Shown here one piece after another: positions 19,138 to 28,585 of a stretch of 64,000 nucleotides of DNA. The DNA comes from Myxococcota bacterium (GTDB taxonomy: Bacteria > Myxococcota_A > UBA9160 > UBA4427): positions 1,741 to 65,740 of the forward strand of contig JAPKBZ010000008.1 of the NCBI GenBank assembly GCA_028823175.1, given 5' to 3'. The notes beneath the pieces were generated by a model, which worked only from the letters and a program-made list of their open reading frames with translations, searched no databases and was not told the DNA's origin. A program made the translations under genes and the position numbers. Numbering within the stretch: the stretch's first letter is position 1; each line of letters opens with the position of its first letter.

Positions 19138-21161
19138 GAGCGCCGAGACGGGTTTGGTTGCGATGCGGGTGGGTCCTTTGCGCGCTTCTGGTCGTGGGTT
19201 GCAACAACAATCCCTACTCGAATGACGATGACGGGCGCAAGGTGCTCTATAAGAGCTATCGAGAGGCGCCGCGCACCCTCGACCCGGCGGTGGCCTATAC
19301 GACCGGGGCCCACGCGATCACGGGGGAGGTCTACGAGACTCTGCTCGAGTATCACTATCTCGAGCGACCCTATGTGCTGATTCCCGGGTTGGCCGCCGGC
19401 CTGCCCGAGGTGACGGACGTCGGTACGGAGTGGCGTCTCTATCGCTTCGAGCTGCGCCAGGGCGTTCTCTACCAGGCCGACCCGTGCTTTGCCCTGGATG
19501 GCGGAACCCGGGATACCCGGGAGGTGGTCGCCGCCGATTTTGCCTTCGAGTTGATGCGTCTGGCCGACCCGGGGGTCAATAGCCCGGTGGCGGAGCCCCT
19601 GGGCAATATTCGGGGCTTTGCCGAATTTTCCCAACGCTTGATCGATCTGCGGGAAGCGGATGAAGAGTTCGCTGAGCTCCCGGTTCGTGAGCAGTATGCG
19701 GCGGCGGGCCCGATCGAGGGGGTCGGCGTACGCGGGCCCTACGGACTCGAGATCGAGGTGGCCCGGGCCTACCCACAGATTCTCTACTGGTTTGCCATGC
19801 CCTTTACCGCGCCGGTCCCCTGGGAGGCGGTGGTCTACTACGATGGCGAGGAGGGCCGGCCGCGCTTCGCCGACCATCCCGTGGGCACGGGTCCCTACCG
19901 GATGGTGGAGTACGAGAAACACTCCCGGATGATCCTCGAGGCGAACCCCAACTGGTATGGCGCCATGTACCCCGAGTGGAAGGCACCCGGCGCCGTCTAT
20001 CCCGATTCGGGCGGACCTGGCGACTACGCCGCCGGCCGTCTGGATGAGGCCGTGGTGGGCCAGCCTCTCCCCTTCATCGAGCGCATCGAATTCCGGCGCG
20101 AGAAGGAGTCGATTCCCTATTTCAATAAATTTCTTCAGGGCTATTACGACGCCGCGGGAATCGTCAAGGAGAGTTTCGACAAGGTCATTCACGAGGGCGC
20201 GCTCTCCGAGGATATGCGGGGGATGGGGATTTCCCTGGAGAAGAGCGTCGAGCCCTCGGTCTTCTATATTGGTTTCAACATGGACGATGATGTGGTCGGG
20301 AATGCCGGAGGCGATTCGAGCCGAAAGCTGCGCCAGGCCATGAGTTTGACGATCGATAGCGAGGAGTACACCCGGCTCTTCAGCAATGGGCGCGGAGTTC
20401 CCGCCCAGTCACCGCTCCCGCCGGGCCTCTTCGGCTACGATGCCGACTACCAGAACCCCTATCGCCAGGTGGATTTGGCCCGGGCGCGTGAGTTGTTGGT
20501 TGAGGCGGGTTATCCGGGAGGCATCGATTCCGCGACGGGGGAGCCCCTTCGCCTGACATTCGACACCTCGGACACCTCGGCCCAGGGGCGGCTACGCTTC
20601 GAATTCTTCACCCGGGCCTGGCGAAAGCTCGGCATCGACGTGGCCATCGAGGCGACGAATTACAATCAGTTCCAGGAAAAGGTTCGAAACGGCGCCTATC
20701 AGATCTTCATGTGGGGCTGGTTCGCCGACTACCCAGACCCGGAAAATTTCCTCTTTCTTCTTTGGTCCGAAATGGCCCGCTCGAAGAGCGGAGGTCCGAA
20801 TACGGCGAATTTTTCGAATCCGCGTTTTGACGAGCTCTACCTCTCCATGAAGGGACGCCCCAACGATTCCGACCGCCGGGCCGAAATCGAGGAAATGCGA
20901 AGCATCCTCGAGTTCGAGCGGCCCTGGGTCGAGCTGACGCATTCCGAGGCCTACTCGCTCTTTCACGGCTGGCTCGCCCACGTCAAGCCCTTCGGCATGT
21001 CCTTCTCCATGACGAAGTATCGCGATCTCGATCCCGAACTCCGAGCGCGACAGCGGGCGCTTTGGAATCAGCCGATCCTGTGGCCGCTCTACGTGCTGGT
21101 GGCCGTGGGCGTCGTCGTCATTGTGCCGGGAATCGTGACTTTTATGAGGGAGCGCCAATAA
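19134..21161 (+). CDS. ABC transporter substrate-binding protein (family 5, peptide/nickel type) with lipobox and C-terminal TM segment
   Basis: GTG 19134 overlaps the previous stop (GTGA). Lipobox LLVVGCNNN. Family-5 hallmarks (NPNWYG..., YQIFMWGWFADYPDPENFLFLL). C-terminal hydrophobic ILWPLYVLVAVGVVVIVPGIVTF. Track ORF 18702.. is over-extended. Confidence 0.8.
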   Translation: MRAPRRVWLRCGWVLCALLVVGCNNNPYSNDDDGRKVLYKSYREAPRTLDPAVAYTTGAHAITGEVYETLLEYHYLERPYVLIPGLAAGLPEVTDVGTEWRLYRFELRQGVLYQADPCFALDGGTRDTREVVAADFAFELMRLADPGVNSPVAEPLGNIRGFAEFSQRLIDLREADEEFAELPVREQYAAAGPIEGVGVRGPYGLEIEVARAYPQILYWFAMPFTAPVPWEAVVYYDGEEGRPRFADHPVGTGPYRMVEYEKHSRMILEANPNWYGAMYPEWKAPGAVYPDSGGPGDYAAGRLDEAVVGQPLPFIERIEFRREKESIPYFNKFLQGYYDAAGIVKESFDKVIHEGALSEDMRGMGISLEKSVEPSVFYIGFNMDDDVVGNAGGDSSRKLRQAMSLTIDSEEYTRLFSNGRGVPAQSPLPPGLFGYDADYQNPYRQVDLARARELLVEAGYPGGIDSATGEPLRLTFDTSDTSAQGRLRFEFFTRAWRKLGIDVAIEATNYNQFQEKVRNGAYQIFMWGWFADYPDPENFLFLLWSEMARSKSGGPNTANFSNPRFDELYLSMKGRPNDSDRRAEIEEMRSILEFERPWVELTHSEAYSLFHGWLAHVKPFGMSFSMTKYRDLDPELRARQRALWNQPILWPLYVLVAVGVVVIVPGIVTFMRERQ

Positions 21162-21162
21162 T

Positions 21163-22128
21163 ATGCTCGCCTACTTGATTCGGCGCCTCGCCTACGGGGT
21201 CGGGGTGGTCTTCGGAGTCCTCTTCTTCCTCTTCGTCCTCTTCTTTACCGTGACGAGTCCTGACGACGTTGCCCGTAAGGCTCTGGGGGAGCGCGTGCCG
21301 CCGGCGGTGGTCGAGCAGTGGAAGATCAATCACGGGTATGATCGCCAGCTCTTCCCGGGCCCCGGCGCCTGGCAGGAAAATATGCTCTTCGAGCATTATC
21401 GCCGGATGCTCACCTTTGATTTCGGTCGAAGCGACGCCGACGATACCCCCATCGCGGATCGCATTCGCAGCGGAATGATGCCGAGTCTGACCCTCACGCT
21501 GCCGCTTTTCGTGCTCTCGCTCTTGGCGGCGATTCCACTCGCGCTCCTCGTCGCCTTCTTTCGGGAGACCTATATCGACCGCCTGGGAGTGGTGATTTCG
21601 GTGCTGGCGATGAGTGTGTCGATTCTGCTCTATATCATTGGCGCCCAGTACCTGGTGGGACGCCTTCTGCACTGGTTCCCGATCTCGGGGTTCGATTCCG
21701 ATCCCCAATTGATCGTCCGCTTCCTGGCCTTGCCGCTTTTGGTGGGCGTGCTGGCGGGGGTGGGAGGAGATGTGCGCTTCTATCGCACGGTTTTCCTGGA
21801 GGAGAGCAATACCGATTATGTGCGAACGGCCCGGGCCAAGGGCTGTGGCGAAGGCCGTATCATGGTGCGGCACGTTTTTCGAAATTCGCTGATTCCCCTG
21901 CTGACCCGGGTCATTCTCGCCATCCCCTTCCTCTTTATGGGGTCCCTGCTCCTCGAGTCTTTTTTTGGGATTCCCGGGCTTGGGGCGATCACGGTGGATG
22001 CGATCCAGGGCAACGATTTCTCGGTGCTTCGTACCATGGTCTATATCGGTTCACTTCTCTTTGTCTTCGGGCAGATCATCACCGACTTTTCCTACGGGTT
22101 GGTCGATCCGCGCGTGCGACTCGAGTAA
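21163..22128 (+). CDS. ABC transporter permease (DppB/OppB type)
   Basis: 321 aa, 6 TM pattern, MLAYLIRRL N-terminus typical of OppB/DppB. EAA-like loop (YVRTARAKG). Confidence 0.85.
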   Translation: MLAYLIRRLAYGVGVVFGVLFFLFVLFFTVTSPDDVARKALGERVPPAVVEQWKINHGYDRQLFPGPGAWQENMLFEHYRRMLTFDFGRSDADDTPIADRIRSGMMPSLTLTLPLFVLSLLAAIPLALLVAFFRETYIDRLGVVISVLAMSVSILLYIIGAQYLVGRLLHWFPISGFDSDPQLIVRFLALPLLVGVLAGVGGDVRFYRTVFLEESNTDYVRTARAKGCGEGRIMVRHVFRNSLIPLLTRVILAIPFLFMGSLLLESFFGIPGLGAITVDAIQGNDFSVLRTMVYIGSLLFVFGQIITDFSYGLVDPRVRLE

Positions 22129-22137
22129 GGGGGGGGC

Positions 22138-23160
22138 ATGGAGAGTTATATCGTTTCGAATTGGGTGGTGGGTCTTCTGCTCGCCGGCGGTGCGGGGCTG
22201 GCGTGGCTCGTTCGACGCTCGCGCATGTGGTCCCAGGCCTTTCGGGATATTTGGCGAAGGCGTCGACTGGCCCTCGGGCTGGTCGCTCTCTATGTCGTGG
22301 TGGCCCTGCTCGATAGCGTGGCCTGGGTGGGGGGCGTGCACCCGGGCGAGGATGCGGTGGCGAAGCACCAGGCTCGGAGTGTGATCGACCGGTTCTTCGC
22401 GGATTCCCAGGAGCGAAGCTACTCGGCGCCCCTCGCGGAGACCGAATTCTACGGCGGCAGCGCCCTGCGCAAGCCCGGCAGTCACCTCCTCGGCACGGAC
22501 CTGATCGGCCGTGATGTCCTCTACCTCTCGCTCAAGGGCGCGCGCGTGGCCCTCTTGATCGGCGGTCTGACCAGCCTCCTGGCGATCCCCCTGGCCCTTC
22601 TTTTTGGCGTGCCCGCGGGTTATTTCGGTGGGCGCCTCGACGACGTGGTCTTCTTCGTGATGTCGACTCTGGCCTCGATGCCGGGGCTCCTGCTGCTGAT
22701 CGCGCTGATCATGGTGCTCGGCAAGAGCACCCTGGCGATTTGCTTTGCTCTGGCGATCACGGGGTGGGTTGGCTTTTGTAGGGTCTCCCGGGGCGAGACC
22801 CTGAAATTGCGCGAGCTTGAGTACGTCTCGGCCGCCCGGGCTTTGGGCGTTTCCGAGGCGCGAATTCTCGTACGCCATATCGTGCCGAATTTGATGCACC
22901 TGGTGATCATCACCTTCGTTCTGATGTTCTCCGGGCTGGTGCTCTCCGAGGCGATCCTCTCCTGGCTCGGGATCGGGGTGGACGGCAGTTGGGGACAGAT
23001 GATCGACCAGGCCCGAAACGAATTGTCCCGGGATCCCGTGGTCTGGTGGAATGTTTCCGCGGCGGGGGTCGCGCTCTTTGGATTGATCCTCGCGGTGAAT
23101 TTCGTCGGGGATGCGCTTCGCGACGCCCTCGATCCGCGCACGGCACGGGAGGCCGAATGA
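22138..23160 (+). CDS. ABC transporter permease (DppC/OppC type)
   Basis: 340 aa, TM pattern. EAA loop (YVSAARALGVSEARILVRHIVPN). Confidence 0.85.
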   Translation: MESYIVSNWVVGLLLAGGAGLAWLVRRSRMWSQAFRDIWRRRRLALGLVALYVVVALLDSVAWVGGVHPGEDAVAKHQARSVIDRFFADSQERSYSAPLAETEFYGGSALRKPGSHLLGTDLIGRDVLYLSLKGARVALLIGGLTSLLAIPLALLFGVPAGYFGGRLDDVVFFVMSTLASMPGLLLLIALIMVLGKSTLAICFALAITGWVGFCRVSRGETLKLRELEYVSAARALGVSEARILVRHIVPNLMHLVIITFVLMFSGLVLSEAILSWLGIGVDGSWGQMIDQARNELSRDPVVWWNVSAAGVALFGLILAVNFVGDALRDALDPRTAREAE

Positions 23161-24146
23161 CGGCTTTGCTCGAAGTGGAAGGACTGACCACGGAATTTCC
23201 AGGGGCCCGAGGGGCGTTGCCCATCGTGGATGGCAACGATTTACGGGTGGACCGCGGAGAGGTTCTTGCCCTGGTGGGGGAGTCGGGCTGCGGTAAGTCC
23301 ATGACGGCGCTTTCTTTGATGCGCCTGGTTCCCAAGCCCGGTCGTATTGTCGCCGGGCGGGTACGACTCGAGGGGCGAGATCTCCTGGAATTGCCCGTGA
23401 CGGAGATGCGCCGGGTGCGCGGGCGCCGCATCGCGATGATCTTTCAGGAGCCCATGACGAGCTTGAACCCCGTAGTTCCGGTGGGAGATCAGATTATCGA
23501 GGCGATTCGCCTTCACGAGTCGACGTCCCGAAGAGAGGCCCGGGAGCGCTGCCGGGAGCTCTTCGTCGAGGTGGGGATCCCCGCTCCCGAGGAGCGGCTC
23601 GATGCCTATCCCCATCAGCTCTCGGGGGGGCTGAAGCAGCGCGTCATGATCGCCATGGCGCTCTCGACCCGGCCCGATCTGTTGATCGCCGACGAACCCA
23701 CTACGGCCCTGGATGTCACTATTCAGGCCCAAATCATTCGCCTGCTCCGGGATATTCAGCGCGATCGGGGCATGTCGATCCTGCTGATCACCCACGATCT
23801 CGGAATCGTCAACGAGTTGTCGGACCGAGTCGCGGTGATGTACGCGGGTCGGATCGTCGAAACCGGGAGCCGGAAGCAGATCTTTCGGGAGCCGGTCCAC
23901 CCCTATACTCGGGGGCTCCTGCGTTCGAATCCCACCCTCGCCCAGCCCGGCGAGCGTCTGCCCGAAATCGCCGGGGTCGTTCCCTCGCCCGAGGAATGGG
24001 GCAAGGGCTGCCGCTTCGCGACACGCTGCGCGGATCATTTCGACCTCTGCGATCAAGAGGTGCCCGAACTGCGCGAGATCGCCGGCGATCGCCGGGCGGC
24101 CTGCCACGCCATCGACGGCGGGCCTGCCGGGGGAGGGCGATCATGA
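23157..24146 (+). CDS. ABC transporter ATP-binding protein (OppD/DppD type)
   Basis: ATG 23157 overlaps the permease stop (ATGA). Walker A GESGCGKS, signature LSGGLKQRVMIAMAL, Walker B LLIADEPTTALD. Oligopeptide C-terminal domain (HPYTRGLL). Confidence 0.9.
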   Translation: MTALLEVEGLTTEFPGARGALPIVDGNDLRVDRGEVLALVGESGCGKSMTALSLMRLVPKPGRIVAGRVRLEGRDLLELPVTEMRRVRGRRIAMIFQEPMTSLNPVVPVGDQIIEAIRLHESTSRREARERCRELFVEVGIPAPEERLDAYPHQLSGGLKQRVMIAMALSTRPDLLIADEPTTALDVTIQAQIIRLLRDIQRDRGMSILLITHDLGIVNELSDRVAVMYAGRIVETGSRKQIFREPVHPYTRGLLRSNPTLAQPGERLPEIAGVVPSPEEWGKGCRFATRCADHFDLCDQEVPELREIAGDRRAACHAIDGGPAGGGRS

Positions 24147-25180
24147 GCCGCTCGCCGGGTGAGCCCCTGCTCCAGGTCGAAGGCCTTCGGACCTGGTTCC
24201 CTATCAAGCGCGGTCTGCTTCAGCGGACCACCGGCCACGTGCAGGCGGTGACGGATGTCGATTTGGAAATTGCCCCGGCTTCGACCCTCGCGCTGGTGGG
24301 CGAGTCGGGCTGCGGCAAGACCACAGTGGGGCGCTCGATTCTGCGCTTGACCCCCGCCCAGGCCGGGCGTGTCTCCTTCGAGGGGGTCGACCTGATGAAG
24401 CTCAGCGAGGCGAAACTGCGGGGCTACCGGCGCCATATCCAGATCATCTTTCAGGACCCCATGGCCTCGCTCAATCCTCGCATGCGCGTTCGCGACTCGG
24501 TGGCCGAAGGGATGCGGAGTTTCGGAATCGGCCGTGATGAGGCGGATCGGACCGAGCGGGTCAAGGCGCTCTTCGGAAAGGTGCAGCTCGACCCTGGGCA
24601 TATTTGGCGCTACCCCCACGAATTTTCGGGCGGCCAACGTCAGCGGATCTGCATCGCCCGCGCGCTGGCCGTGGAACCGCGCCTGATCGTCTGCGATGAG
24701 GCGGTTTCCGCCCTAGATGTCTCGATCCAGGCCCAGATCCTCAATCTTCTCTCCGACCTTCAGCGGGATTTGGGGATCGCCTACCTATTTATTACCCACG
24801 ATCTCGGCGTGGTGCGTTACCTGGCAGACCGGGTGGCGGTCATGTACCTCGGGCGAATCGTCGAGGCGGGCACCACCGAGCAGATTTTTTCTCGCCCCCG
24901 ACACCCCTATACCCGGGCCTTGCTCGCTGCGGCTCCCTCGATGGACCCCGACATCCGGGGTGAAGCGCCGCCGGTGGTCGGGGACGTGCCGTCTCCCTCG
25001 GACCCGCCCTCGGGTTGCCCCTTTCACCCTCGCTGTCCAGAGGCCATGGAACAATGCGAGCGGGAACTGCCGCCGGTCCGCCAGGACGCCGAGGGTCGGG
25101 TGGTGTGTTTCCTGGACTCGGTGGTCGCTCCTGGGGCCGCGGAGTCGGCGGATCCTACAGGGGGCGAAGAGTTCGCTTGA
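24143..25180 (+). CDS. ABC transporter ATP-binding protein (OppF/DppF type)
   Basis: ATG 24143 overlaps the previous stop (ATGA). GESGCGKTT, FSGGQRQRICIARAL, IVCDEAVSALD, HPYTRALL...CPFHPRCP. Confidence 0.9.
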   Translation: MSRSPGEPLLQVEGLRTWFPIKRGLLQRTTGHVQAVTDVDLEIAPASTLALVGESGCGKTTVGRSILRLTPAQAGRVSFEGVDLMKLSEAKLRGYRRHIQIIFQDPMASLNPRMRVRDSVAEGMRSFGIGRDEADRTERVKALFGKVQLDPGHIWRYPHEFSGGQRQRICIARALAVEPRLIVCDEAVSALDVSIQAQILNLLSDLQRDLGIAYLFITHDLGVVRYLADRVAVMYLGRIVEAGTTEQIFSRPRHPYTRALLAAAPSMDPDIRGEAPPVVGDVPSPSDPPSGCPFHPRCPEAMEQCERELPPVRQDAEGRVVCFLDSVVAPGAAESADPTGGEEFA

Positions 25181-25251
25181 CAGGCGCAGGCGCCGGGGCG
25201 ACTCTGCGCGGTATCGAGCGGCTTGAGCCGGATCGGGGGGAGGGAACCTGA

Positions 25252-25560
25252 ATGCGCGTCGAATACAAGATCGAGATCGATAATGTCGCCATCCCGCGCT
25301 TTGCGGTGGAAGCCGTGGAGGGCATGGGCAAACTTTTTACCCTGGCCACTCTGGTCTTGAATGTGATGGAGACCCGGGAGGGGGCAGAAATTATTTTCCA
25401 CGGACTCAGCCCCGACGATCCGGAGCGTCGCATCGCGAGCTTCAAGTCGATTCTGGCGAGCGCCGAAGGGGGCGAATCGATTCGCTACGTGTACGGGCAG
25501 TCAGGCCAGGTGCCCGGCTCGTCGAGTTCATTCCAGTGGGTCAAGGTTTTGCGCGCCTGA
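25252..25560 (+). CDS. hypothetical small protein (102 aa)
   Basis: ATG preceded by GGGGGGAGGG SD. GC-rich third positions. Stop TGA 25558-60 overlaps the esterase ATG 25560-62. No family recognised. Confidence 0.5.
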   Translation: MRVEYKIEIDNVAIPRFAVEAVEGMGKLFTLATLVLNVMETREGAEIIFHGLSPDDPERRIASFKSILASAEGGESIRYVYGQSGQVPGSSSSFQWVKVLRA

Positions 25561-27389
25561 TGGGTGCGCTCGCCAAGGGGGCGCTGCTCATCGTCCTGGC
25601 GACGGTCGGCTGCGTGTCCACGCCGCCCGAGCCCGAGCGAGTCGCCGACCCGGGGAGCGCTCGAGGGACCGCTCAGGGGACGGTCATCGGTTCGCGTTCG
25701 GAGAGTGGCGGCCTGAGCTGGTTGGGGATCCCCTTCGCCCAGCCCCCGCTGGGTGCACTCCGCTGGAAAGCCCCGCGGCCGCCTTCGCCCCGGGCCGAGC
25801 CCCTGGAAGCTCTGGATTTCGGGCCCGAGTGCGTTCAATTCGCGGGTCCCGCGGGTTCGGACGCCGGGTCGGTGGTGGGGAGCGAGGATTGTCTCTACCT
25901 GAACGTCTTCGCTCCGGCGACGGCTCAGCCGGGAAGCGAGCCGGGCCTGCCCGTCATGGTGTGGATTCATGGCGGGGGCAACTCGGTGGGGAGCGCGCAC
26001 GTCTACGACTCAAGCCGTCTCGCAGCCCAGGAGAACGTGATCGTCGTGACGATCCACTACCGGCTCGGAGTCCTGGGCTGGTTCTCTCATCCGGCGCTGC
26101 GAACGCCTGGGGCGAGCCCCTCGGATGGTTCGGGGAATTACGCGGTGCTCGACATGGTGCGGGCGCTCGAGTGGGTGCGCTCCGAGATCGCTGGCTTTGG
26201 CGGCGATCCTCGCCGGGTCACCATTTTTGGCGAGTCCGCGGGCGGCACGAACGTTTTTGCCCTGCTGCTCTCCCCCCCGGCCCGGGGGCTCTTTCACCGG
26301 GCGATCTCCCAGAGCGGGTCGCTCTCGAGCGTGCCCCGCGCCGAGGCCGAAGGAATTAGGGAGAATGTCGAGGGGGCCCACGTGAATAGTTCGGGGGAGG
26401 TTCTGCTCGATCTCCTGGTGGCGGATGGAAGCGCAGACGATCGCGCGAGCGCCCGGACGAAGCGGGCCTCCCTATCTCCCGCCGAGGTCGGCGACTACCT
26501 GCGAGGCAAGACCCCGGGCGAGTTGATGGCGGTCTTCGACGGGGCGAATTTTGGCGGAATGTATTGGATCCCCCAGTTGATTCGCGATGGCGCGGTGATT
26601 CCCTTGGGCGAGCCCCTCGATGTTATTCGGGCCGGCGAGTTCGCCCGGGTGCCCGTGATCTTTGGGACCAATCGCGATGAGGTCAAGCTCTTCGCGATGA
26701 TGGGTAGCGAGCACGTGACCCGCTTTTTTGGCATTCCGGTTTGGCTCAACGACGAGCGCGCCTACACCCTTGAAACCGAATATCCGAGCCAAATGTGGAA
26801 GGTGAGGGGGGCGGACGACCCGGCTCGCGCGGTGGTTTCCCGAGAGCCCGGGCGCGTCTTCGTTTACCGTTTCGATTGGGACGAGGAGCGCAAACTGCTC
26901 TTCGCCGATCTCTCGACCCTGGTGGGCGCGGGCCACGCGGTGGAGATTCCCTTCGTGTTCGGGAACCTGGACCTGGGCGGGCTGGGCGAGTACATCTTCG
27001 ACCCCGAGCGGAGGCCCGCCGCCGATGCCCTCTCCGTCGCCATGATGGGGTATTGGGGTGAGTTTGCCCGGACGGGGAACCCGGGGCGCGCCACCGGGGG
27101 CGACCTGCCGCTTTGGCTGCCCTGGGATGCCTCCTCCGCCGACGGGGTTCGCATGCTGATTCTCGATACTCCTGCGGACGGCGGTCTGCGGATGTCGTCC
27201 CAGTCGCTGACCCGGGAGGGGGTGCTGGCGCAGATCGCCGAGGATCCGCGCTTTGAGGATCTGGCGGAGCGATGCGCGGTCTACCGTTCCCTGGCCGAGC
27301 GCGGGGACGCGCTCTCCCCGGCGGAGTACACGGCTATTCTGGGCGGCGCTTGCGCGGCCTACCCGCTGGCGGAATTCGGACGCGACTGA
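25560..27389 (+). CDS. carboxylesterase/lipase type B family lipoprotein
   Basis: Lipobox LATVGC. EDCLYLNVF, WIHGGG, nucleophile elbow GESAGG. ~610 aa. Confidence 0.85.
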   Translation: MGALAKGALLIVLATVGCVSTPPEPERVADPGSARGTAQGTVIGSRSESGGLSWLGIPFAQPPLGALRWKAPRPPSPRAEPLEALDFGPECVQFAGPAGSDAGSVVGSEDCLYLNVFAPATAQPGSEPGLPVMVWIHGGGNSVGSAHVYDSSRLAAQENVIVVTIHYRLGVLGWFSHPALRTPGASPSDGSGNYAVLDMVRALEWVRSEIAGFGGDPRRVTIFGESAGGTNVFALLLSPPARGLFHRAISQSGSLSSVPRAEAEGIRENVEGAHVNSSGEVLLDLLVADGSADDRASARTKRASLSPAEVGDYLRGKTPGELMAVFDGANFGGMYWIPQLIRDGAVIPLGEPLDVIRAGEFARVPVIFGTNRDEVKLFAMMGSEHVTRFFGIPVWLNDERAYTLETEYPSQMWKVRGADDPARAVVSREPGRVFVYRFDWDEERKLLFADLSTLVGAGHAVEIPFVFGNLDLGGLGEYIFDPERRPAADALSVAMMGYWGEFARTGNPGRATGGDLPLWLPWDASSADGVRMLILDTPADGGLRMSSQSLTREGVLAQIAEDPRFEDLAERCAVYRSLAERGDALSPAEYTAILGGACAAYPLAEFGRD

Positions 27390-27676
27390 GGGCTGGTAGA
27401 GCGGCGACCGAGTCGAATTGAGGCGAGGGCTGCCAAGCCAAAGCCCGCGAGACTCCAGGGCGAATCCCCCGAGCGTGGAGCACAGCTCGCCCGGGTACAG
27501 ATTTCGCTGGGGGGCTGCGCCAGCGCCGGGCCGGGCACGCTGGCCGCGCGCGTCGCCGGATTCCAGGCGTTTCCCGGCGCGGGTGGCCGGGGATCGGCCC
27601 CCGCCGGCCAGCTCCAGAAGAGGATCAGGATCCCCACCAGGCCGCGGCGTCGAGACTTGCGCGAAAAAAGGAGCAT
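27359..27676 (-). CDS. possible small membrane protein (105 aa)
   Basis: ORF 33 nt downstream of the LplA-like gene on the same strand. N-terminal basic plus hydrophobic segment (MLLFSRKSRRRGLVGILILFWSW). GC-rich third positions. However, there is no Shine-Dalgarno, the middle is Pro-rich, and it overlaps the esterase 3' end by 31 nt. Confidence 0.25.
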   Translation of the reverse strand: MLLFSRKSRRRGLVGILILFWSWPAGADPRPPAPGNAWNPATRAASVPGPALAQPPSEICTRASCAPRSGDSPWSLAGFGLAALASIRLGRRSTSPQSRPNSASG

Positions 27677-27709
27677 GACGGGAGGATAGGCCAGGATCGC
27701 GAGGGCGTC

Positions 27710-28555
27710 TCAGGTGCTCTCGTCGCCCCCGCCGAGGACGGTTTTTGGGAGCTCCAGAGCCCGGCGAGACGAGCGGGGTGCCGATCCCGACTCGGGGGAA
27801 TGCCAGGCTTCGAGTTCGAGGGCGAGTGCGCGAGTGGCCTCGCCGAGGCGAGCCGGCCGGAGCGTGCGTCCCTGAGCGAACTCCGTCAGCAGCGCCTGTC
27901 GGACCTCCTCCAGACGAATCCCGGGGACGACGTCCTCCAGGGAGCCGGCGGATGCCGGAGCCCAGGGCAGGGCCAGGTGGTGGTAGACGGGCTCGAGGAG
28001 TTCGTGCAGGCGGGCGGATTGGCCGACCACGATCACGCCACCCACGTGGGCGCCGCCTCGAATCACGCGTTGCCCCACCCCCATGAGCTTGAGGCGCCCT
28101 CCGGCGTTGACGCTGTACTCCCCGGGGCAGTACTCGCCAGGGACCTCCCCGATCCGGGCGTCGACACCGAGCCGAACGAAGGCGCGCTGGACGATGTGGG
28201 CCAGGCTTCGGAAGCGCTCCTGGATGCCTTCGGTCGCCTGGTCCTGGGGAATCGCCCAGGCGAACGCGAGGCAATGGCGGTGAAAGAGGGCGGCGTGGCC
28301 GCCCGCCATGCGCAGGAGGGAGGGGCAGCCCAGGCGCTCGACGGCTTGCCGCGCCTGGCCGAAGCCCGGGTTGCGGGCATCGAGCAGGGAAAAAAGCATG
28401 ACCTCATCGGGGACGTAGAGGCGCAGGGTTTCGGGGACTTCCCGAGCGGCGACCTGGCGCAGGATCGCGTGGCTCACCGCTGTATCGTGAAGTGGGCGGC
28501 CCGGAAACTCGTCCTCGACCAGCGCGAGGGCAGGGGGGCCCTTGATGTCCTTCAT
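27710..28555 (-). CDS. lipoate-protein ligase A / octanoyltransferase family protein (catalytic domain only)
   Basis: 281 aa. BPL/LplA/LipB-type pattern: ...ETLRLYVP..., GEYCPGEYSVNAGGRLKLMGVGQRVIRGGAHVGGVIVV with the conserved Lys. Lacks the LplA C-terminal accessory domain. Confidence 0.75.
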   Translation of the reverse strand: MKDIKGPPALALVEDEFPGRPLHDTAVSHAILRQVAAREVPETLRLYVPDEVMLFSLLDARNPGFGQARQAVERLGCPSLLRMAGGHAALFHRHCLAFAWAIPQDQATEGIQERFRSLAHIVQRAFVRLGVDARIGEVPGEYCPGEYSVNAGGRLKLMGVGQRVIRGGAHVGGVIVVGQSARLHELLEPVYHHLALPWAPASAGSLEDVVPGIRLEEVRQALLTEFAQGRTLRPARLGEATRALALELEAWHSPESGSAPRSSRRALELPKTVLGGGDEST

Positions 28556-28585
28556 GGGTGCCGGCCCCCGGCCGGGGACCGGGGG

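Noticed and set aside
23923-23932. GTTCGAATCC, a tRNA T-arm-like decamer
   Set aside because: It lies inside the OppD-type ATPase coding sequence (LLRSNPTL). No acceptor or anticodon stems can be drawn around it.
27390-27689. Open plus-strand frame continuing in the esterase frame past its stop codon (possible read-through or truncated esterase)
   Set aside because: There is no start codon in that frame. The esterase already has a full-length C-terminus. The open frame shares third-codon positions with the minus-strand small ORF, so the GC3 signal cannot distinguish them. Treated as non-coding, with the weakly supported minus-strand ORF retained.
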